Origin: an uncultured Desulfarculus sp.
GTDB taxonomy: Bacteria > Desulfobacterota > Desulfarculia > Desulfarculales > Desulfarculaceae
Length of the DNA stretch: 64,000 nt
Direction of reading: 5' to 3'
Assembly: GCA_963665125.2 (NCBI GenBank)
Contig: CAXXUK010000001.1
Coordinates: 2,368,001-2,432,000, forward strand
Shown piece by piece: positions 18,024 through 27,470 of this stretch. The position numbers were made by a program, and so were the translations under genes. The notes beneath the pieces were generated by a model. The model was not told the origin of the DNA. It saw nothing but the letters and a program-made list of their open reading frames with translations, and searched no databases. Each line of letters begins with the position of its first letter. Position 1 is the stretch's first letter.

Positions 18024-19316
18024 CTACGGCGTTGTTGTATCACCGTTGGCGGCCTGATTTTGCGGCTTTTTGCGAGGCTTGCGTCTGCGGCGCCGTCTGC
18101 GGCGTTTTGTTTGGCCGCCGTCCGAGCCCTCCACCATTGATCTCAGGTCAACGCCGATAATGCCGGCCAAGTCCAAGGCATTGAGAAAATAGCCTTTTTC
18201 CATAACCTTCTTGGGCAGGCGCTGGCCTTCGGGTGCGAACATGGGGTAACTCATAACCGAAGCGCACTGGCAGGCCCGCTCCAGGACCCGCTTGGCGAAC
18301 ATGACCGGCTGCGCCAACTCGGGGAGTTTGTCGCGGACAAAACCGATCCACACCCCCCTGGCCGCCCGGCCTTCGGGAAACTCCTGATCCTTGGCCACTT
18401 CACGGATGGCGGGCCACAAAAACGCGGCCAGGGCCACGGCATCGTCAGGCAGGTTTCCACCTTTCATCATCCGGTCGATCTTGGCCAAATATCCGGCTGC
18501 CTCGGCCCGCAGGGGGCTGTCGTCCGCTCCGTAGAACGGCTCCAAGGTGGGCAGCAGGCTGTAGAGCACGCCGGTCCGGTGGGCCAGTTCCAGCCAAGGC
18601 GCCGACGCACCGCCCAGCAGATCGCGCATCAGTTCGTCGCGGATGCGGCTGGGCGGACATACGCTGAGTTCCCTGCTGAATGTCCTGACAGCGGCAAGAG
18701 TATCCGGAGTCAGTTCAAACCCGGTGCGCGCGGCGTGGCGCACGGCCCTGAGCACCCTCACGGGATCGCGGTGAAAACGAATCACCGGATCGCCGACGCT
18801 ACGGATCAGACCCGCCTTGAGGTCTTCCATTCCACCCACATAATCCACTATACTGAAGTCGGCTACATTGTAGAACATGGCGTTGATGGTCAAGTCGCGA
18901 CGCAGAGCGTCTTCGGCCGGAGAGCCGAAGGTGTTGTTGGCCATCAGAACCTGGTCTTCGTCCGGGTCCGAGGCCCGCCGGAAGGTGCTGACTTCAACGA
19001 TTTTGTTGCGCTGAAAAAAAACCTGGACCAAACGGAAGCGCCGTCCGATGATGCGGCTGTTGTGGAAAAGATTGCGCACCTGGCCCGGTCTGGCGTCGGT
19101 GCTGACGTCGAAGTCCTTGGGTTTTTTACCTAAAAGCAGGTCGCGTACGCCGCCGCCGACAAGGTAGGCCTTGAAGCCGGCACGGTGCAGCCGGTAAAGC
19201 ACCTTAAGCGCGTCCGGGTCAATATTGCTACGGCTTAGGCTGTGCTCGGGCCTGGGAACAATACGAGGTTCGATCAATTGGTCCGATTGCTGCTGTTGAT
19301 CTTTAGGATTGTTCAC
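18024..19316 (-). CDS. pcnB: Poly(A) polymerase / polynucleotide adenylyltransferase
   Basis: LVGGGVRDLLLG..PKDFD, IIGRRFRLVQV signature, EDALRRDLTINA, Arg-rich C-terminal tail. Confidence 0.92.
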   Translation of the reverse strand: MNNPKDQQQQSDQLIEPRIVPRPEHSLSRSNIDPDALKVLYRLHRAGFKAYLVGGGVRDLLLGKKPKDFDVSTDARPGQVRNLFHNSRIIGRRFRLVQVFFQRNKIVEVSTFRRASDPDEDQVLMANNTFGSPAEDALRRDLTINAMFYNVADFSIVDYVGGMEDLKAGLIRSVGDPVIRFHRDPVRVLRAVRHAARTGFELTPDTLAAVRTFSRELSVCPPSRIRDELMRDLLGGASAPWLELAHRTGVLYSLLPTLEPFYGADDSPLRAEAAGYLAKIDRMMKGGNLPDDAVALAAFLWPAIREVAKDQEFPEGRAARGVWIGFVRDKLPELAQPVMFAKRVLERACQCASVMSYPMFAPEGQRLPKKVMEKGYFLNALDLAGIIGVDLRSMVEGSDGGQTKRRRRRRRRKPRKKPQNQAANGDTTTP

Positions 19317-19447
19317 TTGCGTTCCGGCTGCCTTTGTTCACGGGGCGCTCCAGACTCGTTAACAGGTTACCAATATATAACACAAGATAACGGATTCTTG
19401 TGCTTTTTTCGTTCATTCGCGGCAATCTTGCCGCAGGGAGAACACGA

Positions 19448-20245
19448 TTGATAAATCTGCTCGAAACCGCCGTTGCGGCGGCCAATGCCGGAGCCGCGGT
19501 ATTGCGGGAAAAATGGTCCCAACCACATCAGATCCAACGCAAGGAGCGCTTTGATTTTGTCACCGACGCCGACCGTGCTAGCCAGGACGCCGTCATTTCC
19601 GTGATCGGCCGTTTCAGACCGGATGACGCCGTATTGGCCGAGGAAGACGCCGAGGACTATAGCCAAGCCGCCGGGACGCCGGGCGTGCTGTGGGTGATCG
19701 ACCCGCTGGACGGCACGACGAATTTTATCCACGGCTTTCCAATGGTGGCCGTCAGCGTGGCGGCCCTGGTCGACGGCGTGCCTCAAGCCGGCGTGGTCAT
19801 CGACGTGGTCCGTAATGAAGTTTTCAGCGCCGAGCGGGGCAAAGGCGCCTGGGTCAACGGCAGGGCCATCAGTGTTCACGACGCCACCGACCGCTCCCAA
19901 TGCCTGTTGCTGACCGGTTTTCCCTTCCGGGACCGCGCCAGGCTCGACCGCTACATGGAGCTGTTCAAGGAATTGTTCATGCAGGTGTCGGGCATGCGCC
20001 GGGCCGGGGCCGCGGCCCTGGACCTGGCCTATGTGGCCGCCGGGCGGGCCCAGGCCTTTTGGGAGTTGGGCCTAAAGCCCTGGGACATGGCCGCGGGCAT
20101 ACTCCTGATCAAAGAAGCCGGCGGAACAACTAGTGATTTCGGTGGTGGGGCGCATGAGCTGTGGAGAGGCGATATCGTTGCCGGGGCGCCGGAGGTTCAC
20201 TCATGGGTCCAACAGGTGTGCGGCAAATATTTTCCCAACGGCTGA
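19448..20245 (+). CDS. suhB: Inositol monophosphatase family protein
   Basis: DFVTDAD, WVIDPLDGTTNF.HG, RRAGAAALD, PWDMAAG. Confidence 0.92.
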   Translation: MINLLETAVAAANAGAAVLREKWSQPHQIQRKERFDFVTDADRASQDAVISVIGRFRPDDAVLAEEDAEDYSQAAGTPGVLWVIDPLDGTTNFIHGFPMVAVSVAALVDGVPQAGVVIDVVRNEVFSAERGKGAWVNGRAISVHDATDRSQCLLLTGFPFRDRARLDRYMELFKELFMQVSGMRRAGAAALDLAYVAAGRAQAFWELGLKPWDMAAGILLIKEAGGTTSDFGGGAHELWRGDIVAGAPEVHSWVQQVCGKYFPNG

Positions 20246-20259
20246 GTGGGGCGCGGGCC

Positions 20260-20478
20260 CTAGCCGCTTCCGCCCCAGATGTCTTCCCAGCCGGGGGAAC
20301 ATAGATCGAGTTCTTCTATTCTGGTGTCCTGTTTGGTCTTGCGGTAAAAGCAATAATCGCAAGTGAATTGAGGCCACATATTGGCCGCCGCGATATCCAG
20401 ACAGAACACGTAGTGCGGGCACTGCACGTTACGGCTGCCTTGCAGGTTGCGCGGGTTGGCGTCTGCGGGCTGGGACAA
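20260..20478 (-). CDS. Small Cys4 hypothetical protein (72 aa), divergent from dinB
   Basis: GGAG RBS then TTG; RNVQCPHY..CLD.A....W..FTCDYC pattern. Confidence 0.6.
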   Translation of the reverse strand: MSQPADANPRNLQGSRNVQCPHYVFCLDIAAANMWPQFTCDYCFYRKTKQDTRIEELDLCSPGWEDIWGGSG

Positions 20479-20528
20479 TGTGGTTCTCCAAAAGTGTTGC
20501 TCATTGGAAAGGACCAATAGCACGTTTT

Positions 20529-21770
20529 ATGTCAAAGGGCAAGGCCGGAGCAGGCAAGACGGATCAAAGCCACGGCCCGCGTTTGCTGGCGCATGTGGAC
20601 ATGGACGCGTTCTACGCCTCGGTGGAGATTCTCGACAACCCGGAGTTGAAAAAAAAGCCGGTCGTAGTCGGGGGAGACTCAAGCCGTTCCGTAGTATCGG
20701 CGGCATCTTACGCCGCACGGGCCTTTGGCGTCCGCTCGGCCATGCCCATGGTCAGGGCCAAGCAGCTATGTCCGGAGCTGGTTATCCTGCCTGTGCGCAT
20801 GTCACGCTACAAAGAGGTCAGCGGCCGGGTCATGGAGGTCTTGGAGGGTTTCACGCCGGTGGTGGAGCAGGTTTCGGTGGACGAGGCCTATCTGGACCTC
20901 ACCGGCACTTCCCGCCTTTGGGGCGACGCGGCCCAGGCCGGCCGGGCCATCAAGCGCCGGGTCAAGGAAAAAACCGGGCTCAACTGCTCGGTGGGCCTGG
21001 CTCCCATGCGTTATCTGGCCAAAATCGCCAGCGACCGCGACAAGCCCGACGGGCTTACGGTGGTCGATGACGTCGAATCATTCCTGCGGACCGTGACCCT
21101 GGCCGAGGTGCCGGGCATCGGCAAAAAGGCCCAGGAGCGCCTGGGCGGCATGGGCTTGAAACGGCTGGTGGACCTGCGGGCCCTGGATGAAACCCGCATG
21201 GAGCGGCTATTCGGAGTCTGGGGTTTGCGCATGTTGCGCCTGGCCTGGGGCCGGGACGATACGCCCATCGGCCAGAGCGCCCCGGTTAAAAACGTCAGCC
21301 ACGAAATAACTCTGGGCAGCGACACCGGCGACAGACAAAAGCTGGAGGCCCTATTATTGGAAATGGGGCACAAGGTAGCATCCCGGCTGCGGGCCAAGGG
21401 CCTGGCCGGACGGGTAATCACCCTCAAACTCAAGACCGCCGACCACACCATCATCACCCGCCGAACCAGCTTGGAGCAAGCTACCGACGACGGCTCGCTG
21501 ATCGTGGCCACGGCCAAACAGCTATTGGCGGCCCACAAAAATCCCGGCCCATTCCGGCTCGTCGGGGTGGGTGTCGGCGGCCTCGTGGACGCTCAATCTG
21601 GCCAGGGCGATCTCTTCGGACGCAGGGAACTGGGCCGCACAAAGGCCCTGGGGCAAGCCGAGGACGAAGTACGGCGGCGCTTCGGTTCGGCCTCACTTCT
21701 TCGGGCGGGCCAGCTTTCCGTCATGGACCAACAGCCAAATAAATTGCATAATGGGGAAGAATCCGACTGA
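20529..21770 (+). CDS. dinB: DNA polymerase IV
   Basis: HVDMDAFYASVE, ASYAARAFGVRSAMP, SVDEAYLD, AKIASD..KPDG. Confidence 0.96.
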   Translation: MSKGKAGAGKTDQSHGPRLLAHVDMDAFYASVEILDNPELKKKPVVVGGDSSRSVVSAASYAARAFGVRSAMPMVRAKQLCPELVILPVRMSRYKEVSGRVMEVLEGFTPVVEQVSVDEAYLDLTGTSRLWGDAAQAGRAIKRRVKEKTGLNCSVGLAPMRYLAKIASDRDKPDGLTVVDDVESFLRTVTLAEVPGIGKKAQERLGGMGLKRLVDLRALDETRMERLFGVWGLRMLRLAWGRDDTPIGQSAPVKNVSHEITLGSDTGDRQKLEALLLEMGHKVASRLRAKGLAGRVITLKLKTADHTIITRRTSLEQATDDGSLIVATAKQLLAAHKNPGPFRLVGVGVGGLVDAQSGQGDLFGRRELGRTKALGQAEDEVRRRFGSASLLRAGQLSVMDQQPNKLHNGEESD

Positions 21771-21803
21771 CAAATAGGCGATTAGCCCTCCAGGGAGTGA
21801 CAT

Positions 21804-23165
21804 ATGCCGAGTTTTGCCCAAACCCATTCGCGCGTGACGACGTATTACCTATTGGAAGAAGACCGCGATCTGCGCAAGTCTTTGGTCAATGCCGCGCGTT
21901 GGCAAAAGCCGGTGCTGTTTATCCCCGCCCTGGCCAGCGAATACACCAATCCGGAAAACCGGCCCGTTTTCACCAAGATCGTCAGTGAACTGGCCGAGGC
22001 CCGCTACCTGGCCCAGGTAATCTTTGGCCTGGACCAAGCCACTGAAGATGATGTCCGTGATCTTGTGGGCATCCTCAAACGGGCGGGAGTGAAAAATTAT
22101 TCTCTGCAATGGAATGACGGCGAGGCCTTCAAGGAGGTATACGCAGAGTTACAGGCCAACGGGTTCGACCTGTCCCAGCGGGGCAAGGGCCGCAACGTGT
22201 TCATGGGCTTCGGCGTGGCCATGGCCCTGGGCGCCACCACCGTGGGCCTTTTGGACGCCGACATCCGCACCTTCAAGCGCCGCCAGCTCGACCGTCTGTT
22301 CTTTCCCTGCCTGGTTCACCAATATCCATTTTCCAAGGCCTATTACGCCCGTTGGAACGAACAGCGCCTTTTCGGGCGGGTCAAGCGCCTGCTGCTGGAC
22401 CCGCTGCTGTTGGCCCTCAAACGCAAATTCAGCGACAGCGCCGAAGACAAGATGCTCAAGATCGTCGATTTTCTGCTGAGCTTCGATTATCAGCTCTCCG
22501 GCGAGGTGGTCGTGGACATGTGGCTGCTGAAAAAGATGCGCTACACCCTTGATTGGGGCGTTGAGATATTCACCCTCATCGAGGTCTTCCGCAAGGCCTC
22601 CCAGGTGGCCCAGGTGGAGTTCAGCCGCCACGGCTTTGACCACAAACACCAAAGGGTCAGCCCCACCGACCCCTCCAGCGGGCTTCACCGCATGAGCCTG
22701 GACATCATCAACACTCTGCTGCACGCCCTGATTGTCGAGGAAGGTCTGGAGGTCGGCGAGGAATTTTTCCGGGATCTGGCCCTGACCTATCAGTCCATTG
22801 CCGAGGAAACCATCAAGAAATACTCGGACAACGCCGAGTTCAACCAGATCAACTACGACCGCGACGGAGAGGAGCGCATGGTCAACCAGGTGCTGGCCCA
22901 GGCCATTATCCAAAGCGGCGACCGCCTGACCGCGCCGGCCCACATGGCCGAAAAAATGCTGCGCTTCACGGCGACCCACCCGGAATTCAAGCCGTTTGTC
23001 GACAAGGGACTCCAACAGACCATCCTTGAGGTGGAACAACGCATCCGCGACCAGAGCCTGGATACGGGCTACCTGCCATCCTGGGAACGCATCCTGTGGA
23101 AGCTGCCCAAGATCAGCATGAAGATCGTCGACGCTTTGGAAGCCGACAAGGTGCGCTTTCGCTGA
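21804..23165 (+). CDS. Glucosyl-3-phosphoglycerate synthase-like glycosyltransferase
   Basis: GKGRNV, DADIRT, KAYYAR, GRVKRL, YQLSGE, DWGVEI, DHKHQ, GLHRMS.DI, C-terminal LPSWER. Confidence 0.78.
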   Translation: MPSFAQTHSRVTTYYLLEEDRDLRKSLVNAARWQKPVLFIPALASEYTNPENRPVFTKIVSELAEARYLAQVIFGLDQATEDDVRDLVGILKRAGVKNYSLQWNDGEAFKEVYAELQANGFDLSQRGKGRNVFMGFGVAMALGATTVGLLDADIRTFKRRQLDRLFFPCLVHQYPFSKAYYARWNEQRLFGRVKRLLLDPLLLALKRKFSDSAEDKMLKIVDFLLSFDYQLSGEVVVDMWLLKKMRYTLDWGVEIFTLIEVFRKASQVAQVEFSRHGFDHKHQRVSPTDPSSGLHRMSLDIINTLLHALIVEEGLEVGEEFFRDLALTYQSIAEETIKKYSDNAEFNQINYDRDGEERMVNQVLAQAIIQSGDRLTAPAHMAEKMLRFTATHPEFKPFVDKGLQQTILEVEQRIRDQSLDTGYLPSWERILWKLPKISMKIVDALEADKVRFR

Positions 23166-23260
23166 TCATCATTTATGATATAGAATGCTGTCGCTTCAAA
23201 CCAACTACACCGCCCGCGCCCCCGGGGCCGCGGGCCAATATATTTTGAAAGGTTTATGAC

Positions 23261-23542
23261 GTGGCCGAAACCATCGACGAGATCACCATTCAATATGAAG
23301 AAAACGGCGAAGTCGTTGTCGAGGAACTGGAAAAAGTCGTCCTGAGCAGAGGGGCCTGGACCACGATTTTATTCCGCTACCGCGAACGCGACCGCAACAG
23401 CGGCGAATTCGGCCCGCCCAAGGCCGGTCTGCGGCGTTATCAAAAATACGGCGGTGTTTTCCGCAAAAAAGACGGCATCAACATCACCGAGAAGATGGTC
23501 CCGGCGTTTATGGAAAAACTCAAGGAGTGGTACGACGTTTGA
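23261..23542 (+). CDS. Conserved hypothetical protein (possible PC4-like fold)
   Basis: 93 aa; GAWTTILFRY, LRRYQK.GGVFRKKDGINIT. Confidence 0.75.
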   Translation: MAETIDEITIQYEENGEVVVEELEKVVLSRGAWTTILFRYRERDRNSGEFGPPKAGLRRYQKYGGVFRKKDGINITEKMVPAFMEKLKEWYDV

Positions 23543-25851
23543 GCCCAAAGCTTCCGCTGAACATCGTTCCTGACCGGGAAGCGGAAATACTGGAGCAAGG
23601 GGTTTTCCGCCGCGTCTTTGATGAAGCCGCGGTGGGAATGATCCTGTTGGATATCCACGGCCGTTTTTTGCAAACCAATGATTTTTGTTGCCGGATGTTG
23701 GGTTACCACGCGGCGGAACTGCTGCAAATGGGTTTCCGCGACCTGACCCACCCCGACGACCTGCCCGCCACGGAAAGATATCTCCAGCGCCTGTTGGACG
23801 GCCGCCAGACCACCGTGCAGGTGGAAAAGCGCTATGTAAAAAAAGACGGCTCAGCTGTCTGGCTTCTGGTGCGCACCACGGTCCTGCGCGACCCAAACCA
23901 CCAGCCGCAATACCTGCTGGCCTTTCTCCAGGACATAACCGGCCAGCATCTGGCCGAAGAAGCCCTCATAGAATCGGAAAAGCGCTACCGCACGATCTTT
24001 GAGACCGCAGGTTCGGCCATGGTCATCTACCGCCAGGACACCACGATCGTCCTGGCCAACAGCGAGTTCTGCAACCTATGCGGCGTGACCCGCAAGGAGG
24101 TGGAATACCGCCGCAGCTGGACCGAATTCATCGCTCCCGGCGATCTGGCCCGCATGCTGGGCTACCACCGCATCCGGCGGGGCCAGCCCACCGTGCCGCC
24201 CTCCAGTTATGAATCCCATGTCATCGACAACGAGGGCAGGCCCCACGAGGTGATCATCAACGTGGGTCCCATCCCGGACAGCGACCTTACAGCGGCGTCG
24301 CTGTTGGACATGGCCGGCCTGCGCAAAGTCGAGGAGGAGCGGGCCCTGCTGGCCGCGGCAATCGAACAGGCCGCCGAGGGTCTGATGGTCACCGACCATG
24401 CGGGCATGGTGCAATACGTGAATCCGGCCTTCGAGCGCATGAGCGGCTTCAGCTCAGCCGAGTTGATGAACCGGCCCATCCGGCTATTGGGCAGCAAGCA
24501 CGACGGATTCGGCTTTCCCAAGCAGATGTGGCAAGTGTTGTCCAACGGCGGCGTCTGGTCGGGCCGTTTCACCAACAAGCGCAAGGACGGGTCGCTTTTC
24601 GACGTGGAAACCACCGTCAGTCCGGTGCGGGTGGGCACCAGCGAAAATGTCACCAACTTCGTGGCCCAGCAGCGCGACTGCACCAACGAAGCCCAGCTCG
24701 AGCGCCAATTGCGCCAGGCCCAAAAGCTCGAGGCCATCGGCACCTTGGCCGGGGGCATCGCCCACGACTTCAACAACATCCTTGCTTCGATCATCGGCTA
24801 CACCGAGATCGCCCTGCACGACTACCTCGGGCCTGACCACCCTGCGGGGCGGCTGCTCAAGGAAGTGATAAAGGCTGGCGGCCGGGCCAGGGATCTGGCC
24901 GAGCAGATATTGACCTTCAGCCGCCGCAGTGAACAATCACTGGCCCCGGTTTCCCTGGACAGCATCATCAAGGAAGCCCTGCGGCTGCTGCGGGCCACCC
25001 TGCCGACCACCATCGCCATAAAGCTGCATTGCCGTTCCCAAGGCGGCGTGGTCATGGCCGACCCCACCGGCTTGCACCAGGTTGTCCTGAATCTGTGCAC
25101 CAACGCGGCCCACGCCATGGGCGACCGGGGCGGCACCCTGGAAATAAGCATCGACGATTACGAGTTGGCCACGGACAAACAGGCCGAAAAGCTGGGCCTG
25201 AAGCCCGGCGTTTATCAAATCCTGACCGTCAGCGACAGCGGCCGCGGCATGGACCGCCAGACCATCGAGCGTATTTTCGACCCCTACTTCACCACAAAGG
25301 GCCCCGGTGAAGGCACGGGCCTGGGCCTGGCCCTGGTCCACGGCATTGTCACCGGCCTGGGCGGCGCCGTTCAGGTCCAAAGCGAAATCGGCACGGGCTC
25401 CAGCTTCAAATGCTGGCTGCCTCTGGCCGAGGAAGCCGTCCCCCTGCCCGACGACGAAGACGACAGGGTGCCCCGGGGCAGCGAAAACATTCTGCTGGTT
25501 GACGATGAATCGTCGGTGGTGGCCATGGCCAGCGAAATGCTGGGCAACCTTGGCTACCATGTACGGCCATTCACCGACAGCCGCCGGGCCCTGGAGGCTT
25601 TCACCATCAACCCGGCGGCCTATGACCTGGTGATAACCGACCAGACCATGCCCGGCGTCACGGGCCTGGAGCTGGCCGCGGCGGTCAAGGCGGCCCGGCC
25701 GGACTGTCCGGTTTTAATCTGCTCTGGCTATGCCGAGTTCGCCGGGGCCGACGCCGTGGAGCAAACCAATCTCGGACGGCTGCTGCGCAAGCCCCTGACC
25801 CGCGTTGAGTTGGCGCGGTCGGTGCGTCAAGCCCTGGGCAACGTGGAGTAA
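23539..25851 (+). CDS. Hybrid sensor histidine kinase with three PAS domains and a receiver
   Basis: THPDD/PAC motifs, AHDFNN H-box, NLCTNA, DSGRGM, FTTK..GEGTGLGL, DLVITDQTMP. Confidence 0.95.
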   Translation: MSPKLPLNIVPDREAEILEQGVFRRVFDEAAVGMILLDIHGRFLQTNDFCCRMLGYHAAELLQMGFRDLTHPDDLPATERYLQRLLDGRQTTVQVEKRYVKKDGSAVWLLVRTTVLRDPNHQPQYLLAFLQDITGQHLAEEALIESEKRYRTIFETAGSAMVIYRQDTTIVLANSEFCNLCGVTRKEVEYRRSWTEFIAPGDLARMLGYHRIRRGQPTVPPSSYESHVIDNEGRPHEVIINVGPIPDSDLTAASLLDMAGLRKVEEERALLAAAIEQAAEGLMVTDHAGMVQYVNPAFERMSGFSSAELMNRPIRLLGSKHDGFGFPKQMWQVLSNGGVWSGRFTNKRKDGSLFDVETTVSPVRVGTSENVTNFVAQQRDCTNEAQLERQLRQAQKLEAIGTLAGGIAHDFNNILASIIGYTEIALHDYLGPDHPAGRLLKEVIKAGGRARDLAEQILTFSRRSEQSLAPVSLDSIIKEALRLLRATLPTTIAIKLHCRSQGGVVMADPTGLHQVVLNLCTNAAHAMGDRGGTLEISIDDYELATDKQAEKLGLKPGVYQILTVSDSGRGMDRQTIERIFDPYFTTKGPGEGTGLGLALVHGIVTGLGGAVQVQSEIGTGSSFKCWLPLAEEAVPLPDDEDDRVPRGSENILLVDDESSVVAMASEMLGNLGYHVRPFTDSRRALEAFTINPAAYDLVITDQTMPGVTGLELAAAVKAARPDCPVLICSGYAEFAGADAVEQTNLGRLLRKPLTRVELARSVRQALGNVE

Positions 25852-25857
25852 TACACC

Positions 25858-27246
25858 GTGGCCAAGGTGCTCATCATCGACGACGACAGCATGTTCTGCG
25901 AAATGCTGGCCCACAAGATCGGCATCTTGGGTCACGAGGCCGTCCATGCCCACAGCCTGGCCGAAGGCCACTCAATCGTAAGCGCCCAGGCATTCGACGT
26001 GGTTTATCTGGATGTGCGCATGCCCGACGGCGACGGCATCCAGTGGCTGCCGCGCTTTCAGGAAACCCCGTCCAAACCAGAAGTGATCATCATGACCGGC
26101 GCGGGCGACCCGGACGGCGCGGAACTGGCCATCAAAAGCGGGGCCTGGGATTATGTAAGAAAGCCGTCATCCATGCAGGCCATGACCCTACCCCTGGTCC
26201 GGGCCCTGCAATACCGCCGTGAAAAGGATGAAAAGGCCCTCCAGGGCGACCTGCGGCTGGAAGGCCTGGTGGGCGGCTCCCCGGCTTTCCACCAGTGCCT
26301 GGACAAGCTGGCCCAGGCCGCGGCCAGCCAAGCGGCGGTGCTAATCCAGGGTGAAACCGGCACGGGCAAGGAGCTATTCGCCAGGGCCATCCATGAAAAC
26401 AGCGACCGCAAAAACCATCCGTTCGTGGTTGTCGATTGTTCGTCCCTGCCCCAGACCCTGGTGGAATCAATTATCCTGGGTTATGAAAAAGGGGCCTTTA
26501 CCGGGGCCTCCGAAGCCCGCAAGGGCCTGGTGGCCCAGGCAAACGGCGGCACCCTGTTTCTGGACGAGGTGGGCGAGTTGCCCCTGGCCATGCAGCGGGC
26601 CTTCCTGAGGGTGTTGCAGGAGCACAAGTTTCGGCCCATCGGCGCGGCCAAGGAGATCCACAGCGATTTCCGCCTGGTGGCGGCCACCAACCGCGACCTT
26701 GAGGTCTTGGTGGCGGGCGGCAACTTCCGACATGATCTGTTGTTCAGGCTCAGAAGCCTGACCATCGACCTGCCGCCCCTGCGGGCCAGGCGCAGCGATA
26801 TCGAACCGCTTACCCGCCATCATCTGGAAAAGCTCTGTTCCCGCTACAACCAGGCAGGCAAAGGCGTGACGCCGGAGCTTGTGGAAGCCCTGGAGCGATA
26901 CGACTGGCCGGGCAACGTCCGGGAACTCATCGGAGCTCTGGAGCAGGCGCTGGCCGCAGCCGGGGACTCGCCCATTTTGTATTTGCGCCACCTGCCCCAG
27001 CGCATCAGGGTGGCCAGGGCCAGGGCCTCGGCCGAGCCTGACGGGGCGTTTCCGGAGCCGAGCGAACTGTCCCGAGAGCTTTCCCTGCCGCCCCTGAAAC
27101 AATATCGCCGGGAAATGGACCGGCGATATTTCCAACAGCTCATGGGAATCTGCGGCGGCGATATCAAGCGGGCCATGGAGCAAAGCGGTCTGTCCCGCTC
27201 GCGTTTCTACGGCCTTTTAAAAGAGCTGGGCCTTCCGTCCCAATAA
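25858..27246 (+). CDS. Sigma54-dependent response regulator (NtrC family)
   Basis: Receiver D, GETGTGKE, GAFTGA, LFLDEVGE, WPGNVREL, Fis HTH. Confidence 0.95.
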   Translation: MAKVLIIDDDSMFCEMLAHKIGILGHEAVHAHSLAEGHSIVSAQAFDVVYLDVRMPDGDGIQWLPRFQETPSKPEVIIMTGAGDPDGAELAIKSGAWDYVRKPSSMQAMTLPLVRALQYRREKDEKALQGDLRLEGLVGGSPAFHQCLDKLAQAAASQAAVLIQGETGTGKELFARAIHENSDRKNHPFVVVDCSSLPQTLVESIILGYEKGAFTGASEARKGLVAQANGGTLFLDEVGELPLAMQRAFLRVLQEHKFRPIGAAKEIHSDFRLVAATNRDLEVLVAGGNFRHDLLFRLRSLTIDLPPLRARRSDIEPLTRHHLEKLCSRYNQAGKGVTPELVEALERYDWPGNVRELIGALEQALAAAGDSPILYLRHLPQRIRVARARASAEPDGAFPEPSELSRELSLPPLKQYRREMDRRYFQQLMGICGGDIKRAMEQSGLSRSRFYGLLKELGLPSQ

Positions 27247-27253
27247 TAGGAAT

Positions 27254-27402
27254 TGTCCTAATTTTGAGACAGATCCATTGTCCTGTTTTTTGGACTACCA
27301 CTCCGGCCGCAGCACCTCCCCCATTTACTCCACACACATCTCATTGATATTAGTAGTAATTTATTTATAAGCCCAAACCGCTACCTTGGCACGCTAATTG
27401 TA
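27254..27402 (+). promoter_or_regulatory. Sigma54 promoter with tandem enhancer sites upstream of the CoA ligase
   Basis: TGTC-N10-GACA (27254-27271) and TGTC-N10-GACT (27279-27296); AT-rich spacer; TTGGCACGCTAATTGTA at 27386-27402 (-12 GT variant). Confidence 0.72.
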
Positions 27403-27470
27403 AACATTGTTTCTCCTGAAAAACCCGGTATACGGACCAGACCCTAAATTCATCTTTTCAGGAGCGGAAA

